A stretch of DNA of 61,750 nt, the filler included, from Chthonomonadaceae bacterium (GTDB taxonomy: Bacteria; Armatimonadota; Chthonomonadetes; Chthonomonadales; Chthonomonadaceae): the NCBI GenBank assembly GCA_035650735.1. It is 3 parts of 3 records of this genome, joined end to end, with 100 filler letters (N's around TTAATTAATTAA, not from the genome) between each part and the next. Parts side by side here need not be neighbours in the genome. Positions count along the whole stretch, not along the records: positions 1 to 30,830 come from DASRGZ010000066.1; 2 more parts are not named here. One strand, 5' to 3'. The position numbers and the translations under genes were made by a program. The first letter of the stretch is position 1. Every line of letters starts with the position of its first letter. Shown in pieces: positions 19,473 through 28,400 of the stretch. The notes under the pieces were generated by a model. The model did no database searches. It worked only from the letters and a program-made list of their open reading frames with translations, and was not told where the DNA came from.

Positions 19473-20552
19473 TTACGCTTCCTGCGCTTCCAGTACCGGG
19501 ACTTCCGGCAGATCCACCACTTCGTCGCGCTCGTCGGCTTCGATGTCCCCGTCGGTCGGCGCGGCGGGCGCCAGTTTGTCGCCTACCTGGGCCGCCAGCG
19601 CGCCGAGCACCCCGTTGACGAAACGCCCTGACTCGGCGGTGCTGTACTTCTTGGCAAGCTCAATCGCCTCATTGATGGAGGCGCCGGTCGGAATGCCGGG
19701 CAGATAAAGCATCTCAAAGGCGGCGATCCGCAGGATATTGCGATCCACGGCGACCTGCCGCTCCAGCCGCCAGCCGGAGGAGAGCGCCGCCAGGCGTCGA
19801 TCCAGCATGTTCCGATGCTCCAACACGCCGGTAACCAGCTTGTAAGTGAAGGCAGCGGTGCGCAGCCAGTCGCCGGTCTGTTTCTGAACGATGTCGCCCA
19901 CTTTGTTCCAACGCGCCGTCGAGGCCCGGTTGAACTCCTCGCGCCGCGCCCGCAGATAGTCCTGCACCGCAACCGGCCCGGCAGCCATCGGCATCCCAAC
20001 AGCGAGCTCCTTGCTAAAGGCGAGCGCGGTCTTGCGCATTTCCGGCTCCAGCAGGCGTGGCAGCTCCTCGCGCGCCCGCTCGGCAAATTGCAGGAACCGC
20101 GCGCGCTCCTCCGGCGTCAGCGCCGCGATCTGGACGGACAGTCCATCGGACGGGATAACGGCCTGCGGTATCAGCGCCGAATCCGACAGCGGGGTCAGCA
20201 GATACGCCGGCTGGAGCGGCACGCCCGGCGCCCGGTTGCGGAAGGCACGCTCCAGGCGCACCTCCTGCCAGTAGGGAGCCTCGGCAAAGAGCCGTCCGAG
20301 AAACTGCGTCACGGCCCGCTCCAGCGGCAGGCGCAGGGTGGGCAGCGTATCGCGCAGCGTGCGCGTGATGAAATCCAGGCTGTTCTCTTCGGCATGGGAG
20401 CCGCTGGCTGACCGCGAGCCGCGATGCACAAACTCCATGCGTAGCTGTTCCAGCGCGGTCTCCAGCGCCTCTTGCGGCTCCGGCTTGCCGACATCTATCT
20501 GATAGAGAATTTTCAAGGCCCATTCGCGGGCGAGGCGGCGGTAACTGACCAT
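19473..20552 (-). CDS. nusB: Transcription antitermination factor NusB with a large internal insertion
   Basis: RRLAREWALKILYQ N-terminus; C-terminal WRLERQVAVDRNILRIAAFEM...INEAIELAKKYSTAESGRFVNGVLG; lies next to folD. Confidence 0.9.
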   Translation of the reverse strand: MVSYRRLAREWALKILYQIDVGKPEPQEALETALEQLRMEFVHRGSRSASGSHAEENSLDFITRTLRDTLPTLRLPLERAVTQFLGRLFAEAPYWQEVRLERAFRNRAPGVPLQPAYLLTPLSDSALIPQAVIPSDGLSVQIAALTPEERARFLQFAERAREELPRLLEPEMRKTALAFSKELAVGMPMAAGPVAVQDYLRARREEFNRASTARWNKVGDIVQKQTGDWLRTAAFTYKLVTGVLEHRNMLDRRLAALSSGWRLERQVAVDRNILRIAAFEMLYLPGIPTGASINEAIELAKKYSTAESGRFVNGVLGALAAQVGDKLAPAAPTDGDIEADERDEVVDLPEVPVLEAQEA

Positions 20553-20867
20553 ACGGCAACTCCTTGCGCCCTGGCGACAGGCGCGTGCGTCGCGCCTCGG
20601 ATGCGCAAGCAGGATTAATAACCAGGGAAAACACGCCGATCTCTGCCTATTGTTTCCGCATTCTGCGGCGTGGTTCCTGCTTGAGCGCGCAATCTAATGG
20701 CGGGCTTCTCTACAGGTTAGACGAACGGATTCACGCCGGGGGCCACCGGAAGTTCGCAGCGCCAAAAGAAGGAATGTCGCCAGGCTATGGGGAACCGTGG
20801 TAGAGACTGGAGACGCTGGACGATGCCTTCTTTCTTGGCCGGCGTTACACGTCAAGGAGTAGAACCG

Positions 20868-21101
20868 ATGGCAACCATCACCTGCGTCCGCTGCGGACAA
20901 AGCGCCGAAGCGCTGCAATCCCCACCTATGGGCGGACAGTTGGGCGCGGATATTCAAAGCAAGATCTGCCCCGACTGCTGGAACGAGTGGGTGGGCCAGC
21001 AGATGCTCATTATCAATCATTATGGCCTGCAAATGGCCGACCCGGACGACCGCAAGCGGCTGATCCAGGCGATGAAAGAGTTCCTGAACCTGGAATCCTG
21101 A
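20868..21101 (+). CDS. Fe(II)-trafficking/oxidative damage protection protein (YggX-like)
   Basis: PPMGGQLGADIQSKICPDCWNEWVGQQMLIINHYGL; AAGGAG RBS. Confidence 0.8.
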   Translation: MATITCVRCGQSAEALQSPPMGGQLGADIQSKICPDCWNEWVGQQMLIINHYGLQMADPDDRKRLIQAMKEFLNLES

Positions 21102-21164
21102 ACCGCTTTGATAGAGAAATTACGTGCTGCCTCCGGCTCCCTGACTGCCTTTTCGTAGAGGCGA

Positions 21165-21229
21165 ATTTTCCCGCCCACGTAGGTGGGCAGCGGGCCGCAG
21201 GCCCCACAGCGGCAGGGTTTAGCCTGCCG
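21165..21229. repeat. REP-like element (GGCAGGCTAAACCCTGCCGCTGTGGGGC family)
   Basis: Reverse-complement match to 19140-19205 and near-identical to 48938-48998. Confidence 0.85.
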
Positions 21230-21272
21230 CCAGGTTGAATTTCCATTAACGAAAAACGGAGGACATGCATAA

Positions 21273-22406
21273 ATGAGCGCTCCCATTGGAATGGGCGTTG
21301 TCGGCGCGGGCAGCATCGGCATTCGCGGCGCGCTGCAGCATCTTTGCCTGCCGGACGTCCAGGACCGCGTCACCCTGGCTGCCGTCTGTGACCCCGTGCC
21401 CGGACGCGCGCAGGCCGCCGCCGAGAAGTATGGCGTGGCGCGCGCCTACGAAAGCTACGAGGAGTTGCTGAATGACCCCAACGTTCACGCCGTCACGATT
21501 GGCTCCCCCATCGGCCTGCACTATGAGCAGGGCTTGCAGGCTATCCGTGCCGGCAAGCACGTCCACTTTAATAAGACGATGACCACGACTGCCGCCGAGG
21601 CGACCCATCTCATCAACGAGGCAGCGGAACGCGGCATCAAGCTGGTCGCCTCGCCGGGCCAGATGCTCCGCCCACAAAACAAGCGCATCCGTAAGCTCAT
21701 CCAGGAGGGCGCGCTGGGCCGGCTGGCCTGGGCGGCGACGGGCGCGGCCTTCGGCACCTACCACGAGCGCGAGGGCCTGCGCCAGGGCGAGGACGTGCTC
21801 AGCAACATCAACCCGGCCTGGTACTGGCGCCGGCCCGGCGGCGGTCCCCTCTACGATATGACCGTCTACGGCCTGCACACGCTGACCGGCGTGCTCGGCC
21901 CGGCCAAGCGCGTCACGGCGATGTCCGGCATAGCCATCCAGGAGCGCGAGTATCGAGGACAGAAGTACCCCTCCGACGCCGACGACAACACCCTGCTGCT
22001 GCTCGATTTTGGCGACACCCTGTTCGCCTTCGTCTACGGCACCTTTGCCGGAACGCTCACCCAGTTCGGGCAGCCCAGCTTCTACGGGCAGAAGGGCAGC
22101 ATCGTGGGCTTGAAGCTGAACGGCGAACCGCTGGACTATCCAGGCCGGGCGGAGGTGGAAAGCGCCTCGCAAGGCGGCAACATCCTGCTGCCCCATGTGG
22201 TCGGCCCCCATCGCGAGCTAGACGAAGCCCACGTCTTTGAGGACATCATGCAGTTGGTGGATTGGGTGCGGGAGGGCATCCCCTCGATCTGCACGGCAGA
22301 GCACGCGCGCCATGTCATCGAAATTATCGAAGCGGGATATCGCGCCGCTCAGACCGGCCAGACCCAGACTCTGACCACCACCTTCGTTCCCCCCGATGGC
22401 GCATAG
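21273..22406 (+). CDS. Gfo/Idh/MocA family oxidoreductase
   Basis: GVVGAGSIG, AIRAGKHV, GGGPLYDMTVYGLH. Confidence 0.92.
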   Translation: MSAPIGMGVVGAGSIGIRGALQHLCLPDVQDRVTLAAVCDPVPGRAQAAAEKYGVARAYESYEELLNDPNVHAVTIGSPIGLHYEQGLQAIRAGKHVHFNKTMTTTAAEATHLINEAAERGIKLVASPGQMLRPQNKRIRKLIQEGALGRLAWAATGAAFGTYHEREGLRQGEDVLSNINPAWYWRRPGGGPLYDMTVYGLHTLTGVLGPAKRVTAMSGIAIQEREYRGQKYPSDADDNTLLLLDFGDTLFAFVYGTFAGTLTQFGQPSFYGQKGSIVGLKLNGEPLDYPGRAEVESASQGGNILLPHVVGPHRELDEAHVFEDIMQLVDWVREGIPSICTAEHARHVIEIIEAGYRAAQTGQTQTLTTTFVPPDGA

Positions 22407-22495
22407 GAGCCGGAAAGGCGGCGACGGGATCAGGGGGCAAGGGTAACGCAAAGCGCGCAGCCATTGCCTCCTTTCCCCCTCTGGAGAAGTAGGCG

Positions 22496-23434
22496 ATGAC
22501 TCAATCGGTATCCCCCCCGCAAGTTCAAGAGCAGCTTCGCGACCGATTTCGCGGCGTACTGGTGGGCCTGGCGGTCGGCGATGCGCTCGGCGCGCCCCTG
22601 GAGTTTCAGCCAGCGCGCAAGCCCGATCACTACGTCACGGAGATGATCGGCGGCGGCTGGCAAAAGCTGCCGCCGGGCCAATGGACCGACGATACGCAGA
22701 TGGCGCTCTGCGTGGTGGAGAGCCTGCTGGCCCGACGAGTCTTTGATCCGGACGATATCGCACGCCGGTTTGTCGTCTGGATGCAATCCGGCCCTCCTGA
22801 CATCGGCCTGCACACGCGGCGTGTATTAGACGCCATCAGCCGGGGTGAGCCCTGGGAACAGGCCAGCAAGGAGGTGCAGGCGCTCAACCCCGACAACGCG
22901 TCCAACGGCTCGCTCATGCGCTGCGCTCCCCTGTCTCTGTTCCTCTACCGCCGCCCGGATTACCTGGCGACGCTCGCGCCCGTGCTCTCCCGCATCACCC
23001 ATGCCCATCCGGACTGCGAATGGACCTGCGTCTTCGTCAACGTCGCCATTGCCTGGCTGGTACAGGGCAAGAGCAAGCAGGAGGCCGTTGACCTGGCCTA
23101 TGAGGCCTGCGATAACGCTTCGCAGGAGCTGAAGGAGCGCATCGGGCGGGCCATGGAGCCGACCAGCGAGGTTGCCCCGACCGGCTACGTGCTGGACACG
23201 CTGGAGGTGGCGCTCTGGTCGTTTCTGCATGCCGGCAGTTTTGAGGAGGCGCTGCTGACGGCGGTGAACCGGGGGGCGGACGCGGACACGGTAGGAGCCG
23301 TGACGGGCGCGCTGGCCGGGGCGCGCTATGGCCTCTCGCAGATTCCCCTGCGCTGGCTGGAGGTGCTGCGCGAGCGCGACGTTCTGATAGATTACGCCGA
23401 CCGCCTGCTCGAACTCGCTCTATCTTTCTCCTAG
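22496..23434 (+). CDS. ADP-ribosylglycohydrolase (DraG/ARH family)
   Basis: GLAVGDALGAPLEF, GQWTDDTQMAL, SNGSLMR, GADADTVGAVTGALAGA. Confidence 0.95.
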   Translation: MTQSVSPPQVQEQLRDRFRGVLVGLAVGDALGAPLEFQPARKPDHYVTEMIGGGWQKLPPGQWTDDTQMALCVVESLLARRVFDPDDIARRFVVWMQSGPPDIGLHTRRVLDAISRGEPWEQASKEVQALNPDNASNGSLMRCAPLSLFLYRRPDYLATLAPVLSRITHAHPDCEWTCVFVNVAIAWLVQGKSKQEAVDLAYEACDNASQELKERIGRAMEPTSEVAPTGYVLDTLEVALWSFLHAGSFEEALLTAVNRGADADTVGAVTGALAGARYGLSQIPLRWLEVLRERDVLIDYADRLLELALSFS

Positions 23435-23576
23435 CTCTGCCCAAAAACTCGCGGATTGATTGCGCCGACCGTTTCTTGCTGCCCGAAGCGGCAGGCCTGG
23501 GTCCGTTCCGGGATGCGGCCAGGCAGCGAAACGGATGGCTTCAAGGCCCATTATCGTTGTCCGAGGAGGCAAGAGG

Positions 23577-24521
23577 ATGCGCGTTGTCGTTATCGGTGGC
23601 AGCGGCCACATCGGCACCTACCTGGTGCCGCGCTTAGTGGAGGCGGGGCATGAGGTGATCTCGATCAGCCGGGGACGCCAGCAGCCGTATCAGCCGCACG
23701 GCGCCTGGGAACACGCCCAGCAGGTGTCCCTCGACCGCAGTGCGGAGGAGGCGCAGGGAACCTTCGGGTCGCGCGTGCGCGCGCTCCAGCCGGACGTGGT
23801 CATGGATATGATCTGCTTCACGCTGGAGAGCGCCCGCCAACTTGTCGAGGCGCTGCGAGGCCAGGTGCAGCACTTCCTGCACTGCGGCACCATCTGGGTG
23901 CATGGCCCTACCGTGCAGGCTCCGGTCACGGAGACGCAGCCGCGCCGTCCCTTTGGCGATTACGGCATCCAGAAGGCGGCCATCGAAGCGTATCTGCTGC
24001 AAGAAGCGCGCCTCCACGGCTTTCCCGCCACCGTCCTGCATCCGGGCCATATCGTCGGGCCGGGCTGGCCGCCCCTGAACCCGGCGGGGCATTTCAACCC
24101 ACAGGTCTTTGTGCGTCTGGCGCGCGGCGAGGAGCTGGCCCTACCGAACCTCGGCATGGAAACCGTCCACCATGTCCATGCCGACGACGTGGCCCAGGCG
24201 TTCCAGTTGGGAATGGAGAACTGGAACACGGCGGTGGGCGAGAGCTTCCATGTCGTCTCCCCGGCGGCGCTGACTTTGCGCGGCTACGCCGAGGCGGTGG
24301 CAGGATGGTTCGGGCAGCCCGCGCGGCTGCGCTTTCTGCCCTGGCCGGAATGGCGCGCTACCGTCAGCGAGGAGGAAGCATCCGCAACCTGGGATCACAT
24401 CGCGCACAGCCCCAATTGCAGCATCGCCAAGGCCCAGCGCCTGCTTGGTTACCAGCCGCGCTATAGCTCGCTGCAGGCCGTCCATGAGGCGGTCACCGCA
24501 CTCATGAAGAGTTTAGAATAA
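23577..24521 (+). CDS. NAD-dependent epimerase/dehydratase
   Basis: MRVVVIGGSGHIG, YGIQK (YxxxK), VHADDVA. Confidence 0.92.
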   Translation: MRVVVIGGSGHIGTYLVPRLVEAGHEVISISRGRQQPYQPHGAWEHAQQVSLDRSAEEAQGTFGSRVRALQPDVVMDMICFTLESARQLVEALRGQVQHFLHCGTIWVHGPTVQAPVTETQPRRPFGDYGIQKAAIEAYLLQEARLHGFPATVLHPGHIVGPGWPPLNPAGHFNPQVFVRLARGEELALPNLGMETVHHVHADDVAQAFQLGMENWNTAVGESFHVVSPAALTLRGYAEAVAGWFGQPARLRFLPWPEWRATVSEEEASATWDHIAHSPNCSIAKAQRLLGYQPRYSSLQAVHEAVTALMKSLE

Positions 24522-24635
24522 GCCGATTGAACTTCACACCCTAAGGCGATAAGCCCGGAAAACCGACATTAAGCCTGAGCTACACCTCTTTTGATTTGAG
24601 GCGCAAACCTGGCGTTGCCCCGGACAGGAGACCCG

Positions 24636-24926
24636 ATGGAAACAGACGCGGCATTGGTAGGCAGGCTGACACGGGAGATCATGGCTTATCTGGAGAGAGA
24701 ACAGCGGATACAGGAATTATGGCTTCAGGTGGAGGGGCACATGGGGATGTCTTATCTGGCCGAATGTCTTGGGGATCTGGCCCTTGTACCCAAGCACCTG
24801 GAAGCCGCGAAGCGCCTGGTGGCGGAGATCAGTGCGCTAGAGTCTGCCGAACCCATCCCTCCGACGCAGATCCCCTCGGTAACCTGGCCTCGTTGCCAGC
24901 ACACGCCCCGCTGCGTGACAAACTAG
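24636..24926 (+). CDS. Small hypothetical protein
   Basis: AGGAG RBS before ATG; helical-looking 96-aa product; no recognised motif. Confidence 0.45.
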   Translation: METDAALVGRLTREIMAYLEREQRIQELWLQVEGHMGMSYLAECLGDLALVPKHLEAAKRLVAEISALESAEPIPPTQIPSVTWPRCQHTPRCVTN

Positions 24927-24937
24927 CGCTTCTCTAT

Positions 24938-25408
24938 CTACTCAGAAATGGCTTCGTTCCTCAAAACAGCTCCATGCTTTTGAGGCTCAAAAGCATCAGG
25001 CCAGAGCGTATATTCGTCGTAGGTCGCCCCGTCCATCAGCGTCCCATTCAAACTCGCCCTCGTGAAGTCTGCCGAAAGGATGTACGCTTGGCTTAAGTCT
25101 GCTTTATCCAGACAAGCCTCAACGAAGGAAGCCCCGGAAAGAATGGTGTTCCTTAGTATTGCGCCAGTCAGACAGGCCTTATCTAAAAGGGCGTTCGCTA
25201 AACACGCTTTGGTGAAATCCGCCGCTCTAAGATCGGCTTCTTCTAGTTCTGCATTTCGCACATCTGCCTCTTTAAAAGAAGCCCCACGCATCTTTGCGCC
25301 TTGCAAGTTGACGCGGTGAAGGTCTTGCTTATCCAGATTGACGTATTCTAGCGTGTCCGCATTTACATGGATCACTTTTCCGGTCACATGGCTTCGGATT
25401 TCGATCAT
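24938..25408 (-). CDS. Pentapeptide repeat protein, candidate immunity protein
   Basis: Tandem A-(D/N)-L-x-x repeats (AELEE ADLRA ADFTK ACLAN...); AGGAG RBS; starts 15 bp after the Rhs stop. Confidence 0.88.
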   Translation of the reverse strand: MIEIRSHVTGKVIHVNADTLEYVNLDKQDLHRVNLQGAKMRGASFKEADVRNAELEEADLRAADFTKACLANALLDKACLTGAILRNTILSGASFVEACLDKADLSQAYILSADFTRASLNGTLMDGATYDEYTLWPDAFEPQKHGAVLRNEAISE

Positions 25409-25423
25409 GAAAGGCTCCTAAAA

Positions 25424-28400
25424 TTAATAGCTGCCCGGCCACCGAGTCGGATCAACAACCAGTTGTCCCCAGGAAAAGGTTCTTGCGAAGGGTTCCGTAC
25501 TCGGAATCATAACGGGTTCTATTCCTGCCAACCGAGCGGCGATGTAGCTATAGTGTCCGTCAATAATGACATTGCCATTGTACTTGATTTCCCTGCCAGC
25601 CCAGTTCCAAGTACCGTCGTGCAGCCTCTTCACCATCTCATCAATCTTCGGCCCGGATACCTGTGGCTGGCGGGCCAGAAAGGGATCATTCGCCAATTCC
25701 GGCACATTGGAAAGCGCGCCACGCCCAACAGGGCAGGTATTATGCACCCAGACGCCGCCATTGGCCTTGCCCACAAAGTAGGTGTGGTCATCCTCTACCT
25801 CTAAGTTGTAGACGCTGACACCCTCCGGATGGTTCTGCCGACTCACCGACTTGACCACCAGAGGAGGTCCCGCGCGCGTGACGATCTGGGACCCAATGCC
25901 TAGCTGACCCAACGGCACTAGCCCTCGGTCGGCAGAAAAAACCAGATGCTCCGGCGTCCCCGTCAGTCGCTCCACCACGTGACCGCTCTGCACATCGGCC
26001 AGTTCTACGGTGGCCGTCGCATAGACCGTGCGCCGGAAGGTGCGCACGACCCGCTTGTACTCGCTCTTACCGGTCTGCGGATTGCGGCTGGCTACCGTGT
26101 CTCCTGGCTTAATCTGCTCCACCGGTTGGGTGGTCTCCCTGGCCGCTTGGGCACTGGAGGTGCTTCCCTCGGTCGTCTTGACAGGCACATTCACCAGCGT
26201 TCCCGCCACAAAGCACTCACTCGCCAGAACGGACTCGACCTCGGCTTCGGCAGTTTCGGCTCCTAATCCCTCGGTGGCTAAGGTGAGCGCCACCTCACCG
26301 GCTACCTGGCCGCCCAAGTACCAGCCCGAGCAGGGATCAACCCCCCCTATCCCCAGCCAGTCCCGCATACTCGCCGTCAAGCCAAAGCTCAACGCATCCC
26401 CGAACCCGGCGCTGAAGTTGCCCAAGTCCTGCTCGCTGAACAAGCCCGATGGGTCCAGGAAGTTGGTCGGACTGTTGCCCACATACCGGTAGAGGTTAAG
26501 CCCTCCGGCAGAGCCTATCGGGTCGCGGGTCAGGAACCTTCCGGTGCCAGGGTCATAGTAACGCCAGCCAAGCAGCACCAGACCGGTCTCGCTGTCGGTA
26601 TAATACCCGGCCTGACCTCCGTAGCCGAAGGGACTGCCCAGCTTGCCGACCGTGCTGGTCCAGGACCCATAGGCATCGAAGGCCACACTGGCGTTTGGGG
26701 TGCCGGTGGCATCCAGCAACTGAGCCAGGTGGCCCAGGGGGTCAAAGGTATAGAAATGGCTGCTGCCGTCCCGTCGGGCCAGGAGGCCGTTGCCCCCGAA
26801 GGTGTTGGTGGCCGCGACGGTGCCGTAGCTGTTAAGCTCACAGACGGGCAGCAAGCCATCGTAGAGGTAGTAGGTGGTTCCTGCCGTAGTCTGCTTCCAG
26901 GCTCGAAAGCCTCCTGCCGCGTAGCCTGCCGAGAAGCTGCTGCCAATGCCCGTCAGCCGGTTCTCCGGGTCAAAGCTGAACCCTGCTGTGCCCCGATAGG
27001 TCGTCGGGTTACCGTTACCGTCATAGACATAGCCGCTGCCAGAGTTCTGGTTGTCGGCGTTATAGAAGTTGGCTATCCCTTTGAAAGAGGTCGGATTGCC
27101 CGCCGCATCGTAGGCAAAGCCGAAGGTGTAGCCCCCATTGCGCACGGAATGCTCCTGGGTGAGCTGGTCCTTGGTGTCATACCAGTAATCTATCTTGCCG
27201 CTGTAGGCGCTGGCCTCCGGGAGGTTGGGCGTCTGCGTAAGCAGGTTGCCTACTCCGTCGTAGAACAGGCTGCCAAACTCTGAGCGCAGGGTGTTGTCAC
27301 CCCTCTTATTGGTCAGGTCGGTCAGCAAGCCCCGGGCGTTGTAGGTGTAGAAGGCGGTGTTGACAAGGGAGCCTGTCGCATTGTTGCTCTGCTGACTGGC
27401 TAACCACCCATTGTTAAGGTAGGTCCAGGAGAAGCTCTCGCCATAGGGATTGGTTATCCCACTCAGGCGGTTATCGCCATCGTAGGTATAGGAGAAGGAG
27501 CCAGCAGGAGTGCTCAGGGATTTGCGATCTCCGGAGCGCCAGTAGTCATAGCCCAGGGTGAAGCTGTTGCTTCCTGCCGGCAGCCCTGCATAGGTTGTGG
27601 TGATGGTCAGGGGCGCATCCCGGTCGTCATAGCTGTAGGTCTGGGTGCCGGTGCCGTCACTGCGGGAGTCAATGCGTCCATAGCTATCGTAGTCCAGATG
27701 GACGTTGAGGGACTGATAGGCTGCCGGATACTGGATGTCGGTCAGGCGGCTTTCGACATCGTTGTAGATATAGTTGGTGACGATTCCCCGGCCATCAATA
27801 CGCTGGGTGGGGTTGCCGTTGTTGTCATAGCTGGGGAACTGAAGGGTGTCGCCACCTGGATAGGTCACGCTGGCTAGATAGCCGGCAGCGTTATAGGCAT
27901 AACTGGTGTTTTGGTTCTTGCCATCTCTATGCCCTGTAAGCCGATACATCGCGTCATAAGTGAGTATTATAGGTTCCCCGGTATCGCCCGCAACGGAGAG
28001 CAGTTCGCCTTCAGGGCCATAGCTGTAAGTCACCCGACGGATCCGAGTTCCACTCTCGTCATAGGCATCGGCCATTGTCCGCGGCCCGCCAGGATAGAGA
28101 TAGGTATACTGGAGATAGGCACGACCTGAGCCCGTCTGCCCGGTAGCAGGGAAGGTTACCGATACCAGTTGGTCGGTCAGATTGTATGTGAAGTCCGTCT
28201 CGTTGCCGTTGGCATCAAGGATGGCTGTACGATTGCCGCGGGCATCGTAGCGGAAATGGGAGACGTTTCCCATTGGATCGGTGATCGTTAGGGGCTGCCC
28301 CCACCCTTCCACCTGAGAATAGGTACCATCGGTGACGTAATTGAAAAGGGTCAAGGGATTGGTTGTGGAGCCACTGCTGGGAGGCACAGTGAGCCTGGTG

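Noticed and set aside
22496..23434. ADP-ribosylglycohydrolase as immunity protein for the nearby Rhs toxin
   Set aside because: Opposite strand, embedded in a backbone-like metabolic gene run, and the Rhs tip shows no ADP-ribosyltransferase motifs.
25740..26215. Hint domain as a mobile intein with homing endonuclease
   Set aside because: Only about 160 aa with no LAGLIDADG or HNH region; its position before a toxin tip fits a pre-toxin Hint.
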